Program-made: the position numbers and the translations under genes | Assembly: GCA_049288015.1 (NCBI GenBank) | Contig: JBAQGX010000003.1 | Location: 55,662 to 119,661 of the forward strand | Source: Candidatus Nanoarchaeia archaeon | GTDB taxonomy: Archaea > Nanobdellota > Nanobdellia > Pacearchaeales > GW2011-AR1 | DNA length: 64,000 nucleotides | Direction of reading: 5' to 3' | Notes under the pieces: generated by a model | Database searches by the model: none | Seen by the model: the letters and a program-made list of their open reading frames with translations, nothing else | Told to the model about the DNA's origin: nothing | Part shown: in pieces, positions 49,128 through 58,379 of the stretch | Layout: each line of letters begins with the position of its first letter | How positions within the stretch are numbered: the stretch's first letter is position 1

Positions 49128-49229
49128 ATTTTCTAAATAGTTTACTTAGAGAGCTGTAATTTGCGCATTGTTATATACTACTGAACTATAGAAATCTTTT
49201 TAAGACAAGTAACTCCTCTATAATTACGA

Positions 49230-50972
49230 ATGAAATACAAATATTTTAGTATTTTGGCATTAAGTTTAGTCTCGTTTATACTACTAGTCTCTTCAGCAAG
49301 CGCTTTAACAGTATCTACAAATTCACTTTCAGCATTTACAAATCCTGGAGTTTCACAGAACTTATCCGTGTATAATTCACAGCAAGATGTAAATTTTAAT
49401 ACAAATTTTAGTATTGCAAGCCATTTGACTGATTCAAACGGCAATAATTATGACTTTTTAATAAATCCTACAGGCTCTGTTAATAATGTTTCTTCATCCG
49501 GACAAGCAAGTTATAATATAAGTTTAAATCCAAGTATTAGTAGTGGCAGTTTCGTATATGGTAATACATATTCTGAAACCGCACAATTTAATGCAATCAA
49601 CTCTTCGAATTCTTCTATACAGAGCAGCATACCCGTAAATTTAACTTATGTAAAATCTTTTTGCCAGAGTGGGGATTTGAATGATTCAAATATTCAAATG
49701 AATGTTTATGTAACAAATACCGGAAGCGGAACGTCTTCTAGTTCTACAAATTGGAATCCTCTTGATACAATTCAGGTTCAGGTTCAACTTTATAATTATA
49801 ATTCTAACTTCAATTTGAACAATGTAGTATTCAACATCGGTTTATTTCAACAAGGTACAAATAATAACATAATAAATGAAATGAATTGGCAAAGTGGAGG
49901 TAGTAATTCTGTACAAATTGGGGGAATAAGTAGCAATTCAAATGGTCAGTATACATTTACATTTAAGGTTGATCCATCAATATTGTCTAATAATAACGGG
50001 CAGACTAGTTATATTTTAATGGTAGAAGCATACGGAAACCAATTTTGCGTAGATCACTCTACTAGTTTAAGCAGTTATGGGGGATCAATATATTATACAA
50101 ATATTGGCATACAATCCCCAGACTATAACCAAGCTGTTGTTGTTGATATAGGTTCATTACCTCTATCGACGCAAGTATCATGTGGACAACAAGTTACTCT
50201 TACACCAAATATCTATAACTTGGGCTATAACGAAAATTCTTATTCCAAAGGTCAGGTTTTTGTAACAATGTCAATCCCTCAGTTAGGGATTAATGAGAAT
50301 CAAACATTATACGGAGACTTAAATTCGGGAAGCAGTGTACAAGCACCTTTTACATTTGATGTCCCCATAAATGCAGGCCAAACTACATACAATGTATATT
50401 TCAGGACATATTACGGATATAATAGTCAGTATAGTGAACCCTACTTCGGAGATTATCAATATGTTTCTCAGAATACATTTAATACGTTACTAAGTGTTCA
50501 AGGAAATTGTGTTTACGCAACTGCAGCTACAACGCAAATTACTGCACAACTTGAGTCTGGAGGTAAGGCGGGTAGTCCATTAGTTATAAAATCAACAATA
50601 ACTAACACAGGAAACACAACGGTAAGTTATAATTTTGGATTGGAAGAGTATTCATCTTGGGCCTCAGTCTCGGACATCTCTCCTCTTAATATAACTCTTA
50701 CCCCGGGTCAATCACAGGATATTACCGCAAATCTTAGTGTGAATAGTGATGCGAGTGGTGACAAATCATTCTATCTTGATGCTTACTCAAATGGATATCT
50801 AATAACAAAACAGCCTCTTTCAATCTCAATAACTCCTCAATTCAGTTTAGCATCAATAACGGGTGGTGCTATCTCAGGAGATAATTGGTATTTATGGGGA
50901 ATAGGGCTGCTTAATGTTATTCTTATACTATCAATAATTATTATTCTGGTAAAAGTAGGAAAAAAGAAATAG
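49230..50972 (+). CDS. secreted N/S/T-rich surface protein with C-terminal TM anchor and KKK tail
   Basis: 580 aa. A signal peptide (LVSSASA) opens the protein, dozens of N-x-S/T sequons follow, and the C-terminus is ...WYLWGIGLLNVILILSIIIILVKVGKKK. Confidence 0.6.
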   Translation: MKYKYFSILALSLVSFILLVSSASALTVSTNSLSAFTNPGVSQNLSVYNSQQDVNFNTNFSIASHLTDSNGNNYDFLINPTGSVNNVSSSGQASYNISLNPSISSGSFVYGNTYSETAQFNAINSSNSSIQSSIPVNLTYVKSFCQSGDLNDSNIQMNVYVTNTGSGTSSSSTNWNPLDTIQVQVQLYNYNSNFNLNNVVFNIGLFQQGTNNNIINEMNWQSGGSNSVQIGGISSNSNGQYTFTFKVDPSILSNNNGQTSYILMVEAYGNQFCVDHSTSLSSYGGSIYYTNIGIQSPDYNQAVVVDIGSLPLSTQVSCGQQVTLTPNIYNLGYNENSYSKGQVFVTMSIPQLGINENQTLYGDLNSGSSVQAPFTFDVPINAGQTTYNVYFRTYYGYNSQYSEPYFGDYQYVSQNTFNTLLSVQGNCVYATAATTQITAQLESGGKAGSPLVIKSTITNTGNTTVSYNFGLEEYSSWASVSDISPLNITLTPGQSQDITANLSVNSDASGDKSFYLDAYSNGYLITKQPLSISITPQFSLASITGGAISGDNWYLWGIGLLNVILILSIIIILVKVGKKK

Positions 50973-50974
50973 TT

Positions 50975-51595
50975 TTATTTTGATATTTTATCATAAATCT
51001 TTTTAGAAAATTTGTATTTATCTTCTAACTTCAGAAACATAAATCCTATAGAATAACCAATCAAAGCTCCAATTAAAATATCGCTAAAATAATGTAGTCC
51101 CAAATATAATCTAGATAAAGCAACTAATCCAGCAAAAATTATCCAAATATATTTGAATTTAGGATAAAACTTTGACACAAAGGGGATAGTACAGAATATA
51201 AAAGCAGAATCAAAAGAAGGAAAAGAAAAATCCCATGTATGATAAATTATATTGTTTGTAATTCCTGGCAACAATGAAACCATGTTTGTGACAAAAGGTC
51301 TCTGCCTTTGGACTATAACTTTTAGCACAACACTTACCACAGCAGTAACTCCGATACTAAACCATAAAGGTAATATTGCTTTCCTCTTTTTTATACTCCA
51401 AATTAGTAATAAAGTCAAAAATATGACAATAAATATTTCACTATTTAGAAAATTTATTACTAGAAATAATTGATTTAGATAGTAACTCCTAAGAGATGAG
51501 ATAAATTTGATAATTGTATTATCAAAGAAAAGACTTAATACTATTGCGACAGCAATTATCAATAAAACAACAACAAGCCTTTTTTTGTTATACAC
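50975..51595 (-). CDS. PAP2-family lipid phosphate phosphatase (candidate polyprenyl/dolichyl-PP phosphatase)
   Basis: The PAP2 motifs are present: KVIVQRQRP, SFPSFDS and SRLYLGLHYFSD. Confidence 0.7.
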   Translation of the reverse strand: MYNKKRLVVVLLIIAVAIVLSLFFDNTIIKFISSLRSYYLNQLFLVINFLNSEIFIVIFLTLLLIWSIKKRKAILPLWFSIGVTAVVSVVLKVIVQRQRPFVTNMVSLLPGITNNIIYHTWDFSFPSFDSAFIFCTIPFVSKFYPKFKYIWIIFAGLVALSRLYLGLHYFSDILIGALIGYSIGFMFLKLEDKYKFSKKIYDKISK

Positions 51596-51645
51596 TTCTT
51601 CAGTAGAAAAAAACTATTTAAATAGATTTCTCTAGACTAAAACAA

Positions 51646-52182
51646 ATGAAAAAGAGAAAATTAAAATTTAATTTATATGATTTTATTATTAGATATTCTT
51701 TCTTGGTATTAGTTGCAATTCCAAATCTTTGGATTTTTTATACAATATTTACTCCTCTAACTATTTATCCCGTCTACTTAATAACAAAGATTTTTTTTAA
51801 TGTATCTTTATCAAGTAATGTAATCCTGATTAACGGGCACATTCCAATAGATATGATAAATGCATGTATTGCAGGTTCTGCTTATTACCTTCTGCTAGTT
51901 CTTAATATATCAATACCAAAAATTGAGACAAAGGAAAGAGTAAAAATGATTTTATTTTCATTTCTTCTTTTTCTAATTGTTAATATTATAAGAATAGTTA
52001 TACTTATCCTAATCTATATGTCATCAAATTCTTCATTTAATCTTATCCATCAATTATTTTGGTATGGATTAAGTACACTATTTGTATTATTGATCTGGTT
52101 TTTAGAAATTAAAATTTTTAAAGTTAAAGACATCCCAGTATATTCGGATATAAAATCTTTAATAAAATTTATTAAAAAATGA
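51646..52182 (+). CDS. small polytopic membrane protein, candidate exosortase/archaeosortase-family protein
   Basis: 178 aa with about 6 TM helices. A Cys sits in a TM helix (MINACIAGSAYY) and an Arg in a later TM helix (IIRIVIL), resembling archaeosortase catalytic Cys/Arg residues. The assignment rests on pattern recognition only. Confidence 0.35.
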   Translation: MKKRKLKFNLYDFIIRYSFLVLVAIPNLWIFYTIFTPLTIYPVYLITKIFFNVSLSSNVILINGHIPIDMINACIAGSAYYLLLVLNISIPKIETKERVKMILFSFLLFLIVNIIRIVILILIYMSSNSSFNLIHQLFWYGLSTLFVLLIWFLEIKIFKVKDIPVYSDIKSLIKFIKK

Positions 52183-52814
52183 TCGCTATTATTTCAAATA
52201 TTGTATCTTTTATCTTAGGGATAATTGAGAATTGGGGGTATGTAGGAATTTTTGTAGGGATGACTATAGAGAGTTCTTTTTTCCCTCTGCCAAGTGAACT
52301 AATGTTAATCCCTGCAGGGGCTTTGATTTCTCAAGGTAAAATGGAGTTTATTTTAGTTTTCATCTTTGCAATATTTGGCAGTCTTTTTGGAGCTTTAATA
52401 AATTACTTTTTATCTCTATCTCTTGGGAGAAAGGCAATTGAACATTTTGTTTCTAAATATGGAAAAGTATTTTTTATAAGCAGAGAAGAACTAGATGGAA
52501 TAGATCACTATTTTTACAAACACGGAGATATTACCACATTTGTAGGTAGACTTTTGCCAGGGGTAAGACATCTTATCTCAATCCCAGCAGGATTTTCAAA
52601 GATGAATTTGTATAAATTTAGCTTGTTTACTTTAATTGGTGCTGGCTTTTGGAGTTTGATCTTGATCTATGCGGGATGGCTTGCAGATAGAAATGTATCT
52701 TGGATTGCACAACACCTTACATTATTGACAGCAGTTATCATATTAATATGTGCTTTAATAATTTCAAGTTATATCATATTTATGAAGAGAAGAAAAAATA
52801 GAAAAATTAAATGA
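52179..52814 (+). CDS. DedA/TVP38 (SNARE-associated) family membrane protein
   Basis: The DedA motif region is present (GYVGIFVGMTIESSFFPLPSELMLIPAG...GRLLPGVRHLISIPAG). It overlaps the upstream gene by 4 nt. Confidence 0.75.
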   Translation: MIAIISNIVSFILGIIENWGYVGIFVGMTIESSFFPLPSELMLIPAGALISQGKMEFILVFIFAIFGSLFGALINYFLSLSLGRKAIEHFVSKYGKVFFISREELDGIDHYFYKHGDITTFVGRLLPGVRHLISIPAGFSKMNLYKFSLFTLIGAGFWSLILIYAGWLADRNVSWIAQHLTLLTAVIILICALIISSYIIFMKRRKNRKIK

Positions 52815-53549
52815 TTAAGAAACATTAAAAGCCTGATTCAGAGTTGAGAAAGTTTCAGTCATATATCTTTCGGTTGCTGCCAGAATTTGACAATTGTTTA
52901 CATTAATATTATAACATCCAGGAGCTATTTCTTGAATATTTGTCTCATTTGAAGGCACTATATTTAAGTATACATACCTTATCTGAGGATCACAAGTCAT
53001 ATTAGAACTCTTCGTTACATTTATCCCCAAAGCATTTTGATATAAATTAACAAGGTTTGCAACTCCAAGTATACCATCACCATTACAATTAAGCTCACTT
53101 AAATTACTGCTTGAATTTATTACTAAATTTTGTCTTACATACAGACTTCCATTGAAAGGGACTTCTTTATCCAACATTCTTGGATCATAATTAAGATAGA
53201 TATTATATTCTGCATTAGATCCGTTAGACAAAGTCATAGGTATCTTTGTATCATAAAGAGTTTGCCCCTGCTCAATTGTAGTATCCACAATATATCTCAC
53301 CCCATCAACAGTAAAACTTTTTGAAGTATTTGATAGCAAAAGAATGAAGATGAATACTCCAACGAGTAATCCTATTATTACCAAAGTTATTAGAAGTATC
53401 TTACTTTCAGAAGCAATCTGTTTTTGACTAGGATGTTCCTTTTTATCTTCAACTTCTTCTGCTTTTTCGATATTATCTTCTATACTTTCTTCAATAGCTT
53501 CAATTTCTTTTTCTTTCTTATTACTCTTTGTTTTCTTGTTGGTTTTCAT
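52815..53549 (-). CDS. type-II (N-terminally anchored) surface protein, Asn/Cys-rich ectodomain
   Basis: 244 aa. A charged K/E N-terminus is followed by a single TM (LLITLVIIGLLVGVFIFILL) and an ectodomain with sequons and paired Cys. Confidence 0.5.
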   Translation of the reverse strand: MKTNKKTKSNKKEKEIEAIEESIEDNIEKAEEVEDKKEHPSQKQIASESKILLITLVIIGLLVGVFIFILLLSNTSKSFTVDGVRYIVDTTIEQGQTLYDTKIPMTLSNGSNAEYNIYLNYDPRMLDKEVPFNGSLYVRQNLVINSSSNLSELNCNGDGILGVANLVNLYQNALGINVTKSSNMTCDPQIRYVYLNIVPSNETNIQEIAPGCYNINVNNCQILAATERYMTETFSTLNQAFNVS

Positions 53550-54145
53550 TGTCTAATTCCAAATATTTTAAATAAAACATTGTCAACAGTCTTTATTAAA
53601 TCTTGTCCTTGTCCGTAAATATAAATACAGTTTTGTACTTGCATCACGCTCTGCTGTCCGCTGTTAATTATTATAAAATTGTTACTACAGTTTATATTCT
53701 GAGCAATTGTTTGGTTACACTGCATCCCGGCAGGGCAGGCATCTATTATTGAAGTGTTAAAAGAATATAGGTTTGATCTGACCTCAGACTCTGCATTCGA
53801 ATCGTCAGAATAAATATACAAAATTTTATTCGAAAAATCACCTAAGGTTTTTGTTATATTTGTTAAGTCCTGAGAGGAGATCTGTGAAGGATTGTAAGTA
53901 AAAACTAAGGTATTACCATTGTAATTTGAATACCAAAAACCGTTTTGGTTTAAAAAATTGATTCCGTTATAACTTATAGATTGTGTCGAATTAATGTTTG
54001 ATACATTATTATTTCCGGTAAGGTAATTCTGAAATGCATAGCCTAGGACACTTATTAGCATGACTCCTATTAGAATTATGCTTATTAAAAACTGATTTCT
54101 CTTCTTTTTTTTATCTTTTTCATACTTTGAAATAATCTTTCGCAT
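53546..54145 (-). CDS. type-II (N-terminally anchored) surface protein, Asn/Gln-rich ectodomain
   Basis: 199 aa. A basic N-terminus is followed by a single TM and an ectodomain with Cys pairs. It overlaps the downstream gene by 4 nt. Confidence 0.5.
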   Translation of the reverse strand: MRKIISKYEKDKKKKRNQFLISIILIGVMLISVLGYAFQNYLTGNNNVSNINSTQSISYNGINFLNQNGFWYSNYNGNTLVFTYNPSQISSQDLTNITKTLGDFSNKILYIYSDDSNAESEVRSNLYSFNTSIIDACPAGMQCNQTIAQNINCSNNFIIINSGQQSVMQVQNCIYIYGQGQDLIKTVDNVLFKIFGIRQ

Positions 54146-54230
54146 AACACTATCTAATATTTTTTATTTATAATATTATTGGTTTAGGCATATTCTTGCA
54201 CGCTAATTATCGACGGCACTAGCCAACCCT

Positions 54231-54276
54231 CAAAAAAAAAAGAAAAAGAAAAAAATAAAATTAAAATTTTTCAGTC
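54231..54276 (-). terminator. oligo-T transcription terminator of the S-layer-like gene
   Basis: Immediately 3' of the TAA stop, the minus strand reads TTTTTATTTTTTTCTTTTTCTTTTTTTTTT. This is the archaeal T-tract termination signal. Confidence 0.6.
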
Positions 54277-57102
54277 TTAGTGACTTGCTACCTGCAATTG
54301 AGCACTTGTTGAAGTTGTTCCAATGTACTTGTTACCCATAGTCATATCTGGCTTCTGAGTAGTCAAGTAAGTTGCAGCATTTTGTGTATCTGGGGCATCG
54401 TATCCGGCAACTAGCAATGCGACATATTGTGGCGCATTTAATACAGAGTTGTTGTATGTTTGAATCAAGAATTGTCCTGATCCTACACCGGTTGCTTGTG
54501 TCCAAGCACTTCCACAGTAAGCTCCTCCTACTAATGTAGCAGCAGCTGAATTAATACAGCTACCTCCAACAACAATTAAGTTGTCGTTCATTACAGAGGA
54601 AACTTGTGAATCTTTTACAAGTACTTGTCCTAACTGCAAAGCTCCTGATGTTGATGAAGAACCTGATGTAACACTTGAACCTAGACTACCAATGTACAAC
54701 TGCTCATATACCTGGTTTAGAGGATATGTAATTGTTGCAAATGGCGATGACGAACTGTCTGCGTTCTTTGTTACCTGAGTTCCCCAATAATCAACCCATA
54801 CATTCTGGTTTGAATCACTATACAAAGTTGTGGTATAATTTGTGGTAGATGTTGAGTAAACATTGCTTACTCCTAATGTACCTCCACTTGTACTTGCAAT
54901 ACCTGCAAGGGTAGTTACAAATGTATTATAGTTAGAGTTTACATCTCTACCTTCGATTAAGTTCACAGCGGTTGTATTTACTATAGTTGATGCAGTTCCA
55001 GGCTCTATTAAGTAAACATCTGTTCTATTAGTAGAGTTTGAAGGATCAGCCATAAATTCATATGTTAAGTTTGAAGCTTTGCTGCTTCCAACAGTAACAA
55101 ACACTGTTTGATTTGCAGACGCAAATGCATTACTATTGTTAGCTGAAATCCACAAATAGGCACTTCCATCAACAGTACCTGTACCACCAGTAATACTTAC
55201 TGTATAATTGGTAAGGTTCATGGCTGCAGCTCCACTAACTGTAATAGGTGTGAAAGTTACAGCTGTAACTCCTCCCCCATATGGAAGGTCTAATGTAGTT
55301 ACATTGTTTAAATTTCCATCAATATTACTTAACGTGAGGTTAAGTGGTTCATATAACTGTATTTGTCCATGATTCTGCGTAGAAATTGCAGGATATAACA
55401 AATAAGCACCTGATGAAGGAACTCCAGAATCACCTGTATATCTTATCTCTGCCCATGATGAATTTTCGAAATAAGCGGTATACGTCTTTCCATCTAATGT
55501 GAAAGTTGTATACGTTGTTCCGTTAGTTGCACCACTTAAACTAGTAATACCTTGTCCTTTAAGATTATAGGACTGTCCTGTTACTAGGTCGTAAAGCTGT
55601 ATGTAATCGCTTGTATAGTTTGTATCTGAGCTTGAAGCGTGAACAACGTTATAGACAGACTGCAACTGAATCATATGTCCTTCTAGTTGTCCAGAAGATC
55701 CAGTTCCTGTTATTACAATAGGACTCAATCCACCATTAACCGAAAGGTTAGCCATTTCATATGGATAAATTGGAGAAATGTAAGTTGCTCCTCCATATGT
55801 CAGGTTAACAGAACTGAATCTGTTGGTATCGTTGTATGCAAATGGCACACTAGCGTTGTAACCCATAAGATCAGTAAATCCTAATGTTGCAACTTGTCCG
55901 CTTGGAGTTATTGTAATAGTATCCCTTTGTGTGGTACCATTCAATGGATTACTTAATCCAGCATTAGTTATTTGGAAACTTCCGAATACAGGGTCTGTAA
56001 ACTTTTGACCTGCAAGTAAAGTGGCATTTGTAGATATCGGTGCCTCAACCTGAACAGTTATTCCTGTTAAAGCGCTCAATGTACCTGTAAAGTATACCAA
56101 TGTCCCTTGTATTGCAGTATTTGAAGTTCCAACCTGTACCGCAGATCCACTTGTCATAGTAATTTGGTTTGCTCCCAATAAAATTGTAGCTGAACCAGTT
56201 GCTGTTCCCGAACTTGGGAATACGCTTGTTGTTGCAACATTTACTCCATTAATTAATTGGGGTGTTCCTATACTTAACGTTCCAGCAACACCATCAACTG
56301 TTAATTGTACCTGAGTACTACTAACTGCATTTAATGCAATTGTATGACTTACTCCGCTTATACTTACAGTTGTACTATTTCCCTGAGCCAAATTTACGGT
56401 TTGTGCAGAAGAGTATAGTAATAAACTACTTGATCCAGCGGCCATAGTACCTACAACATATTGGTTTCCAAATAGTGTTATAGGAATTCCCTGACTGCTA
56501 GAAGCTGTAAAGTTTATAGGCTGGCTGAATGCTATCGTTGCATTATACAAATAGTTCGAGAAATTGTTTACACCTATGCTAAGTCCCACGGATGGGTTGT
56601 AAGCACTTGTTGGCATTTTAGAAAACTCAACTTTTCCTGAGTTATCTGCACTACCTGATGAAGTTGTACTGATTGTACCAGGCCCAAGAGTTATAGTCTG
56701 GGTGGTCGTTGCAGCGACATTACCTCCGAAGGTAGTAGTTCCAAGAAGTGTTGGAAAATCTGAACTTGTATAAGCTGTTTTAGCAGTAGTCAATGTAGTG
56801 TTTAGCCATATCTTATTGGATCCTCCCTGATCTAAAGCTTCAACTGCTCCGTTTGTTGTTGTAACTACTCCGCCAGATGTTCCAGTTAGATATGATTGCA
56901 AGTTGGTTTGTATATTTCCTGCTTGTACCACATCTAAAGGAGAAACTCCAGCACCAGTACCATAAACAATAGCAACGTTACTTGCTGCTCCGTTCTGCAC
57001 GAAAGGTGCGGGGAAAGGAGTTGCTGCAGCGAAAGCTGTAGTCATACCGGCCAATAAAACACTTGCTCCGATTGCTGCGATTTTTTTAAAGTTAAATCTC
57101 AT
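54277..57102 (-). CDS. S-layer-like major surface glycoprotein
   Basis: 941 aa with a signal peptide (LLAGMTTAFAAA). Composition is T/S/G/A/N-rich beta-type with many N-x-T/S sequons. The GC content is locally elevated and the codon-biased frame is clean. A strong SD and a terminator flank the gene. Confidence 0.65.
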   Translation of the reverse strand: MRFNFKKIAAIGASVLLAGMTTAFAAATPFPAPFVQNGAASNVAIVYGTGAGVSPLDVVQAGNIQTNLQSYLTGTSGGVVTTTNGAVEALDQGGSNKIWLNTTLTTAKTAYTSSDFPTLLGTTTFGGNVAATTTQTITLGPGTISTTSSGSADNSGKVEFSKMPTSAYNPSVGLSIGVNNFSNYLYNATIAFSQPINFTASSSQGIPITLFGNQYVVGTMAAGSSSLLLYSSAQTVNLAQGNSTTVSISGVSHTIALNAVSSTQVQLTVDGVAGTLSIGTPQLINGVNVATTSVFPSSGTATGSATILLGANQITMTSGSAVQVGTSNTAIQGTLVYFTGTLSALTGITVQVEAPISTNATLLAGQKFTDPVFGSFQITNAGLSNPLNGTTQRDTITITPSGQVATLGFTDLMGYNASVPFAYNDTNRFSSVNLTYGGATYISPIYPYEMANLSVNGGLSPIVITGTGSSGQLEGHMIQLQSVYNVVHASSSDTNYTSDYIQLYDLVTGQSYNLKGQGITSLSGATNGTTYTTFTLDGKTYTAYFENSSWAEIRYTGDSGVPSSGAYLLYPAISTQNHGQIQLYEPLNLTLSNIDGNLNNVTTLDLPYGGGVTAVTFTPITVSGAAAMNLTNYTVSITGGTGTVDGSAYLWISANNSNAFASANQTVFVTVGSSKASNLTYEFMADPSNSTNRTDVYLIEPGTASTIVNTTAVNLIEGRDVNSNYNTFVTTLAGIASTSGGTLGVSNVYSTSTTNYTTTLYSDSNQNVWVDYWGTQVTKNADSSSSPFATITYPLNQVYEQLYIGSLGSSVTSGSSSTSGALQLGQVLVKDSQVSSVMNDNLIVVGGSCINSAAATLVGGAYCGSAWTQATGVGSGQFLIQTYNNSVLNAPQYVALLVAGYDAPDTQNAATYLTTQKPDMTMGNKYIGTTSTSAQLQVASH

Positions 57103-57114
57103 TTAATTTTTAAA

Positions 57115-57120
57115 CCTCCT
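57115..57120 (-). promoter_or_regulatory. Shine-Dalgarno (GGAGGT) for the S-layer-like gene
   Basis: On the minus strand the sequence reads AAAGGAGGTTTAAAAATTAAATG, placing the SD about 12 nt upstream of the start codon. Confidence 0.5.
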
Positions 57121-57521
57121 TTCAATAATATAATATGTTGCTGAAAGCAACTCCATCCAATTCAAAAGTTGTGGGGTATAACTATTTAATTGGGTGAGCA
57201 TAAATGCATTATCTTTGTTTCTTACCATTTTTTTCTTGTGTATCCCCCACGAAGAACACCTATAAGGGTGTATCATATGATTACCAATTTTCCTTTAAAA
57301 ATCTTCCTATACCTCCTTTTCCGAATACATTAAATAGTCTCATTTTGGAGGTTTTATTTATAAATATTTTGACACTATTATATTATTAATACAATAATAT
57401 ACTTTCTTTATCTTCGGAGAATCATTTTATAGCAAGGTTTTTATATATATAATAACAAAATAACATATAAACATAAAGTATATATCTTCATTATCTAGAT
57501 TATCAAATAGTATATATAAAA

Positions 57522-57881
57522 ATGGCAAAAGAAAAGTCAAAAATTAAAGAGATTTTCCTGACTTATAATAAAGGAGCCTTTTCTTTATTTAAGAAGCCAG
57601 GATACTCAAGAAAAGATTATAATTTCGAGGATTTATCCCAATTAAGGCATCTACTAAGCAATGAAAAAGCAAGGATCTTAGAGGTAATAAAGTCCCAGAA
57701 TCCTTCATCAATATATGAACTTGCAAAGAAACTAGGAAGAAATTTTAAAGCAGTAAATGATGATGTTAAGCTACTTAAGAAGTTTGGATTCATAGACTTA
57801 AAAGAAGAATTAACCAAAAAAAGAAAAAGGTTTAGACCTATAATTGTAGTGGATACATTAGATATACATTTTACATTGTAG
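57522..57881 (+). CDS. winged-helix (ArsR/MarR-like HTH) transcriptional regulator
   Basis: 119 aa. An HTH-like segment (KARILEVIKSQNPSSIYELAKKLGRNFKAVNDDVKLLKKFGFI) is present. The gene is convergent with the pilin genes. Confidence 0.5.
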   Translation: MAKEKSKIKEIFLTYNKGAFSLFKKPGYSRKDYNFEDLSQLRHLLSNEKARILEVIKSQNPSSIYELAKKLGRNFKAVNDDVKLLKKFGFIDLKEELTKKRKRFRPIIVVDTLDIHFTL

Positions 57882-57884
57882 TGC

Positions 57885-58379
57885 CTAAGAATAGGCACTG
57901 AATATAATACGCACAGAAGTTCCTCCCTTTGAAAGAGGCTGCGAGTTTCCTTGCGAATTGCTAGTTATATTACCTTCTTTTACCGAAAAGATTTCTCCTG
58001 TACTTGAACTAATATTCATAATATACCCCTTTATTGAGCTTCCCTGCCCTACAATCCAAGTTTGATTTAAAATTCCCCTTAGAGTTGAATTTAGTATTTG
58101 ACAACTATTTATAGAAGGGTTATTTGTCCGATCTAAACAATTAGTTCCTGAACCGCACATAAAGATTAGATCTCTTACCGAAATATATCCATAATAATTT
58201 TGACATTGTGTGCTTGTTTGTAGAGTTGAAGTTACAAAACTCTCGGCCTCATAGCTTTGGACAGTTTGATTTCCGGAACTATTCAGAAAAAATCCTAAAA
58301 ACACAAGCAAAATTATAGATACGATTATTATAATCAGTGCAAATCCAATCATTTCTTCCTGAGCTCTTTTATTTTTCAT
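57885..58379 (-). CDS. prepilin-like protein with class III signal peptide
   Basis: The start was chosen at MKNKRAQEEMIGFALIIIIVSIIL, forming an ATGA overlap with the upstream stop. The ORF track starts at 58418. Confidence 0.55.
   Translation of the reverse strand: MKNKRAQEEMIGFALIIIIVSIILLVFLGFFLNSSGNQTVQSYEAESFVTSTLQTSTQCQNYYGYISVRDLIFMCGSGTNCLDRTNNPSINSCQILNSTLRGILNQTWIVGQGSSIKGYIMNISSSTGEIFSVKEGNITSNSQGNSQPLSKGGTSVRIIFSAYS

Noticed and set aside
49178-49444. Minus-strand 88-aa ORF.
   Set aside because: It overlaps the 5' end and signal peptide of the 580-aa surface protein gene. It has no features of its own.
54231-54265. A 35-nt A-rich tract (A10GA5GA7...) considered as a possible simple repeat or insertion scar.
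   Set aside because: On the minus strand it is a T-tract placed exactly after the S-layer gene stop. It is better explained as an archaeal terminator.
57204-57389. A 61-aa plus ORF within the long S-layer/regulator intergenic region.
   Set aside because: It has low-complexity F/L/P-rich composition inside an obvious AT-rich promoter/leader region, with no SD context.
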